Positions 38,794 through 48,089 of a stretch of DNA of 59,286 nt are shown here, piece by piece (position 1 is the first letter of the stretch; every line of letters begins with the position of its first letter). This stretch comes from an uncultured Brachyspira sp. (GTDB lineage: Bacteria; Spirochaetota; Brachyspiria; Brachyspirales; Brachyspiraceae), in contig CALXXQ010000011.1 of NCBI GenBank assembly GCA_944392715.1, forward strand, positions 1 to 59,286, in the 5' to 3' direction. The notes beneath the pieces are model-generated. The model did no database searches. It was not told the origin of the DNA and was given only the letters and a program-made list of their open reading frames with translations. The position numbers and the translations under genes are program-made.

Positions 38794-40583
38794 TTTTTTA
38801 TAAATCCTTTTAAAAAACCTTTTATAAAGAAAACTCCGTATGTAAGATGCGATAAGAATATTCCTATAGCTTTGCAAAAACCTTTTATAGGCGAAAGTGT
38901 ACTTGCCCAGCTTCCAAGCAGACATAATGCATAAAAACTATGAGGAAATAATAATAAAGCTAAAAATATATTTTTATTAATTGCTGGTATATAAGTATTT
39001 AAAACTTTAGGTAAATCAAAATATAAAGCAATAGGTACAAATACAGTAAAAAGTAAAAATATAGACGGTATGAAATATGATAGACTTAATGAGTTTCCTC
39101 CAAATCTTTTTACAAAATATCCTCTATGCCAAGCATATCCTTTTAATTGCTTAAAATGTCCGAAGAATAAATCTCTTCTATGATGATAAACCAATGCTTC
39201 AGGAGTATATAATATTTTTTCATTTGCTTTCATTATATTATTACAAAGTATAGTATCTTCTCCAGGCCAATATTCGCTGTCAAAGCCTCCCACTTTTTCA
39301 TAAAGTTCTCTTGTTATAATAAAATTACAGCTTGGATAATCATTAACATACTGAACTTTATCTGGTATATATCTAGCTTTATGTTTTCCGCTCATAAGTG
39401 TTGAACTATAAATAAGTCCGCTTATCTGCTTTGAAAAATTATCTTTAGGGGTATTAATAGCAGGTCCTCCAACAGCATAAACGTTTTTACTTTCCATTGC
39501 TCTTAAGGCATTTAAAAGCCAATCTTTTTCAGGATATGTATCATCATCTAAAAATGCTAATATTTTTCCATTAGATTTTTTTACTCCCATTGCTCTTTTT
39601 ATTGCAGGCGGAAGCTCTCCTGTTTCTATTATTTTAATTCTTTTATCTTTAAATAATTCTATATTAATCTTATCTTCTGTATATTTATCTGGCAGTATTA
39701 TAACTTCAAAGTTTGTATATATTTGTTCAAGTAAATATTCTGTTTCTTCTTTTATATAATCATTAATTTTTTTTAATGGTATTATAATGCTTACTAATGG
39801 TTTTTCTTTTAATTCATAAAATAAATCATTATAAAAATGCACAATATTGAGTCTGTAAAATATTGCCAAAGTATCAATAAAAGTTTTCCATAGAATAGGA
39901 AATTTTATAAATCCGAAATGCCTATTCGGATTAACTATAACAGGTGCAGATACTATTTTTTTCCCATTGGAATTACAAGCTACCAATACTTCTAAATCAT
40001 ATGCAAATGCCTTTACTAATATTCTAGGAAAAACATTTATAATAGCATCTCTTTTAAATAATTTTAATCCTGTTTGAGTATCCTGTATAGGAAGATGAAA
40101 AAATATTTTTACAAACATAAAATATATAAAAGATATTATCTTTCTAGCATTAGAATAATTAACAATAGAATCTTTATGTCTTTTTGACCCTATAACAACA
40201 TCAGCATTTTCCTTTTGCATAATATCAAAGAAGTTCTCTAATTGAGAAGGATCTATTTCCATATCACCATCGCAAAATATTATATATTCGCCATTTGATA
40301 TTTCGCATGCTCTTTTTAAGGCATGTCCTTTTCCTTGATTTTCTTTTGCAAAAACACCTATTATATTTTTTAAGTTTTTATTTATATTATTATTTTGAAA
40401 ATTTGAGCATAATTTTTCTATTTCTTCTTTTGAATTATCACAGCTTCCATCATCTGAAATAATTATCTCAAAATTCATAAAAAAAGGAGATACCTTTTCT
40501 ATTAATATGTTTATATTTTTTTCTATTGTTTTTTCTATATTATAAACAGGAACTAATATAGATACTAATTCATTTATCTTCAT
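38790..40583 (-). CDS. Tandem GT2 glycosyltransferase with C-terminal TM helices
   Basis: Domain 1: VPVYN, DDGS, CDGD, DTQTGLK; domain 2: VSIIIP, FLDDD, GED, HHRR. Confidence 0.87.
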   Translation of the reverse strand: MKINELVSILVPVYNIEKTIEKNINILIEKVSPFFMNFEIIISDDGSCDNSKEEIEKLCSNFQNNNINKNLKNIIGVFAKENQGKGHALKRACEISNGEYIIFCDGDMEIDPSQLENFFDIMQKENADVVIGSKRHKDSIVNYSNARKIISFIYFMFVKIFFHLPIQDTQTGLKLFKRDAIINVFPRILVKAFAYDLEVLVACNSNGKKIVSAPVIVNPNRHFGFIKFPILWKTFIDTLAIFYRLNIVHFYNDLFYELKEKPLVSIIIPLKKINDYIKEETEYLLEQIYTNFEVIILPDKYTEDKINIELFKDKRIKIIETGELPPAIKRAMGVKKSNGKILAFLDDDTYPEKDWLLNALRAMESKNVYAVGGPAINTPKDNFSKQISGLIYSSTLMSGKHKARYIPDKVQYVNDYPSCNFIITRELYEKVGGFDSEYWPGEDTILCNNIMKANEKILYTPEALVYHHRRDLFFGHFKQLKGYAWHRGYFVKRFGGNSLSLSYFIPSIFLLFTVFVPIALYFDLPKVLNTYIPAINKNIFLALLLFPHSFYALCLLGSWASTLSPIKGFCKAIGIFLSHLTYGVFFIKGFLKGFIKN

Positions 40584-40722
40584 CTTTTACACTTTAATAA
40601 AAAATTATTATTTATTATTTTATAGTTTTATTATGCTATAAAAATAATTATAGATATAAATTATAAAATATTATACAAAAACTATCTGTCAAAGTCAAAT
40701 ATTATTTATTAGTTTAAATATA

Positions 40723-41385
40723 TTATTTATCTTTGCATATAATATTAACGCTTGAATGATTTTCAAAATCATAAGGCTTTGATAATTCTATATTAACGGG
40801 TTTTTTGAATATAGGTCCGTCATATACAAATGTATGAAATTCTCCTGATTCTCCAGCAGGGTCTATTCCAATAGATATAAATTCATCAATAAGCTCATTA
40901 GTGAAATCAATACCTAAATATTTTTTATCGAGTTTATCTGTATCAATTATTTTTATTTTGGCTTTAAAACCAGAATTAACAAATTCTCTAACTAATGACT
41001 CTCTTGATTCATGCCATAAAGGAAATTTCGATTCAAATCCTGATTCTTTGCATAAAGCTTCAGCCCAATCTCTATGCATTTGAATATCAATATCCCCAAA
41101 AGCACAAATATTAATATTATCTTTTTCTTTGATTTTTTTTAATTCTTCTATAAAGTTTATTCTATATGTATAATGAGTTGTATTAATTGGTACATGAGGT
41201 ATTTCTAAACATTTACTTACAGCTTCAAATAATTCAGCAGATATTCCATGAAACCAAGAATGTTTATTTTCTTCATTAATAGTAGTCATTATATATTTAG
41301 GTATATATCCGTTTTTTATCATTCTATAAAGTGCTAAAGTACTGTCTTTACCACCGCTATATGACATAACAAATTTTTCATTCAT
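40723..41385 (-). CDS. DUF71/Dph6-like PP-loop ATP pyrophosphatase
   Basis: SYSGGKDS, FGDI, PLW, DPAGESGEFHTFVYDGP. Confidence 0.88.
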   Translation of the reverse strand: MNEKFVMSYSGGKDSTLALYRMIKNGYIPKYIMTTINEENKHSWFHGISAELFEAVSKCLEIPHVPINTTHYTYRINFIEELKKIKEKDNINICAFGDIDIQMHRDWAEALCKESGFESKFPLWHESRESLVREFVNSGFKAKIKIIDTDKLDKKYLGIDFTNELIDEFISIGIDPAGESGEFHTFVYDGPIFKKPVNIELSKPYDFENHSSVNIICKDK

Positions 41386-41415
41386 TTTGCATTCCATCCG
41401 ATTTTTATATTTTTA

Positions 41416-41928
41416 TTATGGTATATTAATAATACTAGGATCTGTTTCTTTTTTCTCAACAGTCCAATCTTCTTCATTATTAGGATCCATTTCAGCTATT
41501 TTATCAAGCCCCATACAAAGATAAGTTCCTTTTGCAGTTGCCGCTATTTTATCATCATTAAGAAGTATATATCCTTCTCCCTCATAAACTCTTCCATTAT
41601 CAGAAGTAATTTTACCTATAATTCTAATTTCTTCATTAATAGGAACAGGTTTTTTATATTTTGTAGTAAGAGTCATAGTAACGCCCCATTTTTCTTCACC
41701 CGTATAAGGCATCATAGCCCTTCCTATAGTTTCATCTAAAATGGCAGCGAGTATTCCGCCATGAACTCTTGAAGGATATCCCTGATGAACATCTTTAAAA
41801 GTTACCAAAGCACATAATGATTTATCTTCTAATTCATAAAATTCAGCTTTTAAACTTAAATCATTTTTAAATCCGCATACTATGCACATTCTTGAATTAT
41901 TCTGTTTATTTAGTACTTTTAGATTCAT
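41416..41928 (-). CDS. PaaI-family hotdog thioesterase
   Basis: CIVCG, HQGYP, HGGILAAILDE. Confidence 0.88.
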   Translation of the reverse strand: MNLKVLNKQNNSRMCIVCGFKNDLSLKAEFYELEDKSLCALVTFKDVHQGYPSRVHGGILAAILDETIGRAMMPYTGEEKWGVTMTLTTKYKKPVPINEEIRIIGKITSDNGRVYEGEGYILLNDDKIAATAKGTYLCMGLDKIAEMDPNNEEDWTVEKKETDPSIINIP

Positions 41929-42056
41929 AAAAACCTCATTATTAAAAATATTATAATTTACTACATATTAATACTTTTGTATAAAAAAACAATATGTCTA
42001 TTTCTTTTTTATTACTTTTTATGGGAAAATAAGTTTTATAAAAGACTTTTATTTGG

Positions 42057-42085
42057 TTGACAAAAATGTAAATTAAATTTAATAT
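42057..42085 (+). promoter_or_regulatory. Putative sigma70 promoter of the ytxH operon
   Basis: TTGACA-17 nt-TAATAT. Confidence 0.45.
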
Positions 42086-42119
42086 TAAAAATAAGTTATG
42101 TAACTAGGAGGATATTCTT

Positions 42120-42383
42120 ATGTCTAGAGAAGTATCAGGTATGTTTTCATTTTTATTAGGCTTAACAGCTGGTGTTGCATTGGGCGTATTGTTTGCACCT
42201 AAGGCAGGAGAGGAGACTAGAGAAGACATTAAAGAAACTATGGATAATATCAAATATAAAGTAGATGATATTTATCATAGAAGTGTGTTGAAAACTTCTG
42301 AGCTAGTTGAAAAGGGTAAAGAAAAAACTAATGATTTTCTTGAAAAAAGAAAGAAAAGATCTTCTGAAGAAGTAGAAGAATAA
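42120..42383 (+). CDS. YtxH domain protein
   Basis: FLLGLTAGVALGVLFAPKAGEETR. Confidence 0.88.
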   Translation: MSREVSGMFSFLLGLTAGVALGVLFAPKAGEETREDIKETMDNIKYKVDDIYHRSVLKTSELVEKGKEKTNDFLEKRKKRSSEEVEE

Positions 42384-42389
42384 TAAAAT

Positions 42390-42806
42390 ATGCAAGATAT
42401 TACATTTCAAATTAATGTTATAGCTATATCTTTGGCTTTCATAGCTATATCTATATTGATATTGGTATTAGCTATATTTTTTGTTTTACTTGCTGGATAT
42501 TTTAGATTTACTAATAGATTTGACAGAATACTTGAAAATGTCGAATCTATTAGTGAAAAAATAAGCAGCATTGCAGCTACTGTAAATGATGAGACAAATA
42601 AAGTAAGAATAACATTAGATAGCATACATGAGTCTTTTGGTAATTTATCTAGCAGCATTAGTAATTTTAGCAATATTACTAAGGATATATCTAATAATTT
42701 CAGCATTATTAATATATTCAAATCCATATTTGCTCTATTTAAAGGTAAAAGAAATAAAAAAGAAGATGATTTTACAGAAAATGATGATGAAGATTATGAT
42801 TTATAA
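42390..42806 (+). CDS. DUF948/YtxG-like membrane-anchored coiled-coil protein
   Basis: N-terminal TM then heptad coiled coil; adjacent to YtxH. Confidence 0.6.
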   Translation: MQDITFQINVIAISLAFIAISILILVLAIFFVLLAGYFRFTNRFDRILENVESISEKISSIAATVNDETNKVRITLDSIHESFGNLSSSISNFSNITKDISNNFSIINIFKSIFALFKGKRNKKEDDFTENDDEDYDL

Positions 42807-42822
42807 TTAGGAATTGTTGATT

Positions 42823-43896
42823 ATGATAAAGAAAATATTTTTAGCACTTATATTTACAACTCTATTAACTTCATTTTTGCATTCAGAGGATACCAATTGG
42901 GTAATAAGGATAAGAGATGCTCAAGGTAATGTAAAAAAACTTATGACAGTTGATGACTGTCTATCTGAAATATCTAATCTTACAGTTTTAAGAGGTGCTC
43001 CTGAGGAAGCTGTAAATTTACTTCTTACAAATGAATTTCAATTATGGCAGTTTTCTTCTCAGATTATAGAACAGGAACTTTTATATTTAAAGGCTGTAGA
43101 AGAAGGTTATGATAAAGATCAGGAAGTGTTAAATTTGATTTCTAAAGAAAGAGACAATCAATTATCACAGCTTTATATGCAAGAGAAAGTAAGCGATGAT
43201 TTTGCTGTTGTTACTGATGCTGAAAAAAGAAAGTTTTTTAATGATAATAGAGCTAGAATACAGGCATCAGTTGGTCCAAATGTAACTTATGAGCAAATTG
43301 CTATGGAAATAGAGACTACTATTCTTCAAGAGCGTATGCGTAATGAATATGATAAAATATTAGAATCTGCAAAAACTAATTATAATTTAAAATATTCTGT
43401 TACTTCTGATCCTTGTATTACATTAGAAGATATAACAGTACCTTTATCAGAATTTAATGATATGTTTAATGAATCTTTGAAGCAGGCAGGAGCTAATATA
43501 CCAGCTGCTTTAAGAATACAGGCTAGAGATGGTATGTTCAAGGCTTTTGTGGCTCGTGAAGTTATGATGTATGAGGCTAAAAAATCTGGTTTTTATGATA
43601 CGCCTCAGGCAAAAGCTATAGAAAATTTCCTAACTAGAAATGCTGTAACTGCAAATTATATAGATAAAACTATAAGATCAACTATACCAACTCCTACGGA
43701 GGAAGAGATTAATTTAGCTTATGAAAGATATGGTAAAATGTATAATATAGATTCATTACCTTATAATGATGCTAAAAAAGCATTGGCTACTTTAGTAACA
43801 GAAGCTAAGACTCAGCAGAAGTATCAAATATTAGTTACAGATTTGAGATATAGGTATAATATAGAAAAAAATCTTGACTTATTATTAAAAAAGTGA
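42823..43896 (+). CDS. Secreted SurA/PrsA-chaperone-like protein with two tandem modules
   Basis: Signal peptide; IIEQELLYLKAVEEGY...VTDAE and VAREVMMYEAKKSGF...PTEEEI; no parvulin motif seen. Confidence 0.55.
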   Translation: MIKKIFLALIFTTLLTSFLHSEDTNWVIRIRDAQGNVKKLMTVDDCLSEISNLTVLRGAPEEAVNLLLTNEFQLWQFSSQIIEQELLYLKAVEEGYDKDQEVLNLISKERDNQLSQLYMQEKVSDDFAVVTDAEKRKFFNDNRARIQASVGPNVTYEQIAMEIETTILQERMRNEYDKILESAKTNYNLKYSVTSDPCITLEDITVPLSEFNDMFNESLKQAGANIPAALRIQARDGMFKAFVAREVMMYEAKKSGFYDTPQAKAIENFLTRNAVTANYIDKTIRSTIPTPTEEEINLAYERYGKMYNIDSLPYNDAKKALATLVTEAKTQQKYQILVTDLRYRYNIEKNLDLLLKK

Positions 43897-43914
43897 TTTA
43901 TTAATTAATAAATT

Positions 43915-44802
43915 ATGAAAAATAAATTATTGATTATATTTTTTGTATTATTATTTTTTTCTCAAATTTCTTTTGCTAGAAGAAATGATTTTGACTTTGA
44001 TGTATCTCCGCATATAAATAAAAATAAAATGTTTTCTGCAGGTATTGGAGGCATATTTTCTGAATATAATTCTTGGTTTGATGGTGGTACTTTATATACT
44101 TTAGATCCATATAATCAAAATATAAGCAGAAGAGATTTATATTTTACTTTTATGCCTTATTTTTCTATTAGACCTATTAAATATTTAGAATTTGGGGTAT
44201 CTACTAGTTTTACATATCAAAGACAAGATTCAAGAAATGATATAACTAGTGCTACTAATATGACAGATGTCTTTAATTTTGATTCTATTAATGCTACACT
44301 TAAAGCAACTCTTTTAGATTGGTATTTATCTGTAGGGGTTAAGGCTGGCTTTAGTTACAGTTTTATGAAAAATACTCATATATATTATACTGCTAAAGAT
44401 CCATTTAATATATATGCCACTATAATGATAGCAGGAGTTCCAAAAGTAATACCTGTTAACTTTTTATTTGCATATACTTTTGATACTAGAGATAATTTTA
44501 AAGAAGATATTTTCAAAATAGGCGAATTATCTGGAGCTATAGAAATTATAACTTCACCTTTTATTACATTATATACAGGGGTTAATTATATTTTTCCATA
44601 TACAAAAGAAGCTAGTTTATCATATTTAGAAGCATTTGTTAAATTTAAAGCAACAATATCTGACTTTTTATATATGACAGTATCATATCAAAAGGTTGTA
44701 TGGGGTACAGGTTATGCTCCTAATACTGCCACTTTCAATTTTGCAATAGAATATATGTTCTATTCTCCAAAATGGGATTGGTGGAGTTTGAAACAAAAGT
44801 AA
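43915..44802 (+). CDS. Putative outer-membrane beta-barrel protein
   Basis: Signal peptide; alternating aromatic/hydrophobic strands; late strand FNFAIEYMF. Confidence 0.55.
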   Translation: MKNKLLIIFFVLLFFSQISFARRNDFDFDVSPHINKNKMFSAGIGGIFSEYNSWFDGGTLYTLDPYNQNISRRDLYFTFMPYFSIRPIKYLEFGVSTSFTYQRQDSRNDITSATNMTDVFNFDSINATLKATLLDWYLSVGVKAGFSYSFMKNTHIYYTAKDPFNIYATIMIAGVPKVIPVNFLFAYTFDTRDNFKEDIFKIGELSGAIEIITSPFITLYTGVNYIFPYTKEASLSYLEAFVKFKATISDFLYMTVSYQKVVWGTGYAPNTATFNFAIEYMFYSPKWDWWSLKQK

Positions 44803-45540
44803 TTATATAGAGAATATAATTTTTATAGAATTTCCAAGTAAATATTGAGATATAGTCTGTATAAATCCAAATATAGTTCTTAATATCCCAAAGAATAATA
44901 AAGCATAAAGTATTAGAAAACCATAAGGATATATTTTATCATAAGTATTTTTACCATTAGGAGATAGGAAAAATCTCAATATCCATCCGCCGTCTAATGG
45001 AGGAAAAGGAAGTAAATTAAAAAACATAAGCATTATATTAATAATATAAAACATAATCAGCATTGTCAAAATAACAGGTAATGCATTAAGAAGAATATTA
45101 GATACAACATTACTATTTTGCTCTAATAACATAATTATTCTATATATTAAAAAACTTCCGTCTACAGTAAATGTGAGTATTTTAAGCACAATAAAAGAAA
45201 AAGCAGCTATCATTAAATTAGCAAATGGTCCTGCAAATGAAACTAAAGCCTGATCTCTTTCAAAATTATTAAAATTATAAGGATTTACAGGAACGGCTTT
45301 CATCCAGCCTATAACAGGAATGCCTGTAACTGCTGCTATTATAGGAAGAACTACACTTCCCAATATATCAATATGGGCTATAGGATTGAGTGTAAGTCTT
45401 CCCTGATCCATAGCAGTTCTATCACCAAATACAAATGCAGTTCTAGCATGAGAGTATTCATGCGTACTAGCTGATATTATAAATACTATATATGATATTA
45501 TACCTATAGATAATTTGCTTGAAAATATTTCATTAACCAT
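44803..45540 (-). CDS. Site-2 protease (M50) family protein
   Basis: HEYSH, AGPFAN, FNLLPFPPLDGG. Confidence 0.92.
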   Translation of the reverse strand: MVNEIFSSKLSIGIISYIVFIISASTHEYSHARTAFVFGDRTAMDQGRLTLNPIAHIDILGSVVLPIIAAVTGIPVIGWMKAVPVNPYNFNNFERDQALVSFAGPFANLMIAAFSFIVLKILTFTVDGSFLIYRIIMLLEQNSNVVSNILLNALPVILTMLIMFYIINIMLMFFNLLPFPPLDGGWILRFFLSPNGKNTYDKIYPYGFLILYALLFFGILRTIFGFIQTISQYLLGNSIKIIFSI

Positions 45541-45719
45541 TCTTTATTGTTTCCTTAAAAAAATAATTATAATGCATATTTTAAATATAAAAAACTTTTA
45601 ATATTTTAGTATAAATTAAATTTTTTGCAAATTTAATTTTTTATAAATTATTTCTTTATTTGCATTTATTTTTAATTCAATTTATAAATATATTAAATTA
45701 AAAAATAGGGATTTGATTT

Positions 45720-46700
45720 ATGAAAGAAATAAAAATAACAGATATAGAAAATATAAAAATAGGAAATGCTGAAAATAAAGAGGCTGCTACAGGCTGTACT
45801 GTTATAATATGCGAGAGAGGAGCTGTTACAGGTTTAGATGTTAGGGGAGGTGGACCTGCTTCAAGAGAAAGCGAACTTACTAAACCTTTTGCTTCTGCTG
45901 AAGTTATACATGCTGTTTTACTTAGCGGAGGAAGTGCATTCGGATTAGATGCTTCAGGAGGGGTTATGAAGTATTTAGAGGAGAGAAATATTGGTTTTGA
46001 TGTTGGTATTACAAAGGTGCCTTTAGTATGTCAGTCTTGTATATTTGATTTACGTATTGGGGATTATAAAGTTCGTCCAGATATTGATATGGCTTATAAG
46101 GCATGTATTAATGCTGAGGATAATAATCCAAAAATGGGTAATTATGGTGCGGGTGCGGGTGCTTCGGTTGGTAAGATACTAGGTGCTGATTATGCTATGA
46201 AATCTGGACTTGGTTTTTATGCTGTAGAGATTGATGATGTGAAAGTTGGTGCTATTGTATCGGTTAATGCTTTTGGAGATATATATGATTATGACAGCGG
46301 AAAAATGATTGCGGGGCTTCTAAATGAAAATAAAAATGGATTTAGAAGTTCAGAAGAAGAGCTTATAAAAATAACTCAGAATAAAAATTTATCTTTTACT
46401 TCAAATGTAGTTACAAATACCACTATAGGAGCTATTATAACTAATGCTAAATTTACAAAATCTCAAATGGGTAAAATAGCATCTATGGCACATAATGGTT
46501 TTGCAAGAGCTATAAAACCTGTTCATACCACATTAGACGGAGATAGTATTTATGCTATGAGTGTAGGGGATATAAATGCTAATTTAGATGCTGTTGGTAC
46601 AATTGCTGCTATTGTAATGGGTAAGGCTATTAATAATGCTGTAAAAAGTGCTGAAGCTTCTCATGGATTTAAATGCTATAATGATATAATAAAAAATTAA
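45720..46700 (+). CDS. P1/S58 (DmpA-like) peptidase
   Basis: TGCTV, VRGGGPASRE, GGSAFGL, GAGAG, NTTIG, DGD. Confidence 0.88.
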   Translation: MKEIKITDIENIKIGNAENKEAATGCTVIICERGAVTGLDVRGGGPASRESELTKPFASAEVIHAVLLSGGSAFGLDASGGVMKYLEERNIGFDVGITKVPLVCQSCIFDLRIGDYKVRPDIDMAYKACINAEDNNPKMGNYGAGAGASVGKILGADYAMKSGLGFYAVEIDDVKVGAIVSVNAFGDIYDYDSGKMIAGLLNENKNGFRSSEEELIKITQNKNLSFTSNVVTNTTIGAIITNAKFTKSQMGKIASMAHNGFARAIKPVHTTLDGDSIYAMSVGDINANLDAVGTIAAIVMGKAINNAVKSAEASHGFKCYNDIIKN

Positions 46701-46715
46701 TTTTTATTTAATAAT

Positions 46716-46759
46716 AAAAAACTAGAAGTACTTATAAAATTGCTGCTTCTAGTTTTTTT
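46716..46759. terminator. Bidirectional intrinsic terminator
   Basis: aaaaaactagaag/cttctagtttttt between convergent genes. Confidence 0.7.
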
Positions 46760-46830
46760 GAAAAATAGATTTGGGGTGAAGTAGATTAATAAAAAATTAA
46801 ATACTTTTATTTTTTAATAATATTTTGTTG

Positions 46831-47549
46831 TTAATCTACTTGTTTAGTTTTTGCTATAACTATTTCTCTTACGCATATATCCTGAGGCATATTATATGCA
46901 AACTCTATACAATTAACTATATCAGAAGCATTTAAGCCATTTCCTATACTTTTTTCCACTTAATATAATCAGATTTTATATTATCATCTGTAGTATGACT
47001 TAAGAGATTAGTTTCTACTATTCCTGGAGCTAGAACTATAATTCTTACATTTTTATTAGCAACTTCTTCTCTTATACTTTCAGTAATTGCATGCACAGCA
47101 AATTTACTTCCGCAGTATATTCCATAATTTTGAAAAGTTTTTCTTCCAGCAATTGAACTTATATTAATGATAGTCCCCTCATTCCTTTTTATCATATCTG
47201 GAAGTATAATATTTGTAGTTGTAAGTATTCCATTAATATTTACATCTATCATATTTTTCCATTCTTCATAACTTTGCTTATCAATATTTCCTAAAAGCAT
47301 AACCCCAGCACAATTTATAAGTAAATCAGTTTTACCATACTTTTCTTCAGCTATTTTTACAGCATTTTTTATTTCTTCTATATTTGTAACATCAGCAGAA
47401 ACACTTATAGAATTTTCTAAATTTAATTTTTCCATAATTTCTTTTCTTCTTGATAATAATAGAGTAGGGTAGCCATTAGCAGAAAATCTTTTTGCTGTCT
47501 CCATTCCTATTCCTGAACTTGCCCCTGTAATTACAACCAATTTTTTCAT
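46831..47549 (-). pseudogene. SDR oxidoreductase interrupted by a 1-nt frameshift in an A6 run
   Basis: TGASSGIG, NCAG, YCGSK; stop at 46944, but one extra A at 46950-46955 restores WKKSIGNGLNASDIVNCIEFAYNMPQDICVREIVIAKTKQVD* (239 aa). Confidence 0.8.
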
Positions 47550-47674
47550 ATAAAAACTCCTTTATAAAAATAATTTATGCCTTATAATACAATATATAAA
47601 ACTATAAACAAGAACGGAAATAATTGTTATTAAGTAACATGCATTTCACTGCCTTATTAAGGAAAATTGTATTT

Positions 47675-48034
47675 ATGAAAAAAATTAAAGTAGCATCTGA
47701 AATAGGTATTACTCTATATATGATAGGAGGAAAATATAAACCTATTATATTAAATTATCTTATAGAAAATAAGACAAAAAGATTTAATGAGATGATGCGT
47801 TATATGAAGCCTATTTCTCAAAGGACATTAACCAATCAGCTTAGAGAGCTTGAAGAAGACGGACTTATAAATAGAAAAATATATCCAGAAGTACCTCCAA
47901 AAGTAGAATATTCTATAACCAAAAAAGGAAAATCATTATCCAAGATTTTGGAAGCTATGTGTGAATGGGGCGAAAAAAATATTGATGATAGATTTGAAAT
48001 TACTAATCCTCAATGTTTAGAAGACTATAAATAA
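47675..48034 (+). CDS. HxlR-family winged-helix regulator
   Basis: IGGKYK, LTNQLRELEEDGLI, EVPPKVEYS; divergent from the SDR gene. Confidence 0.9.
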   Translation: MKKIKVASEIGITLYMIGGKYKPIILNYLIENKTKRFNEMMRYMKPISQRTLTNQLRELEEDGLINRKIYPEVPPKVEYSITKKGKSLSKILEAMCEWGEKNIDDRFEITNPQCLEDYK

Positions 48035-48068
48035 AAAATACCATAACATATAAATGCTATGGTATTTT
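48034..48068. terminator. Bidirectional terminator between the HxlR gene and ftsH
   Basis: aaaataccata/tatggtatttt stem. Confidence 0.6.
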
Positions 48069-48089
48069 ATTTATTTAGCAGTAAATTTA

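Noticed and set aside
46944-46960. Programmed -1 ribosomal frameshift in the SDR gene
   Set aside because: AAAAAAG is in phase AAA-AAA-G, not A-AAA-AAG, and I saw no close downstream stimulatory structure.
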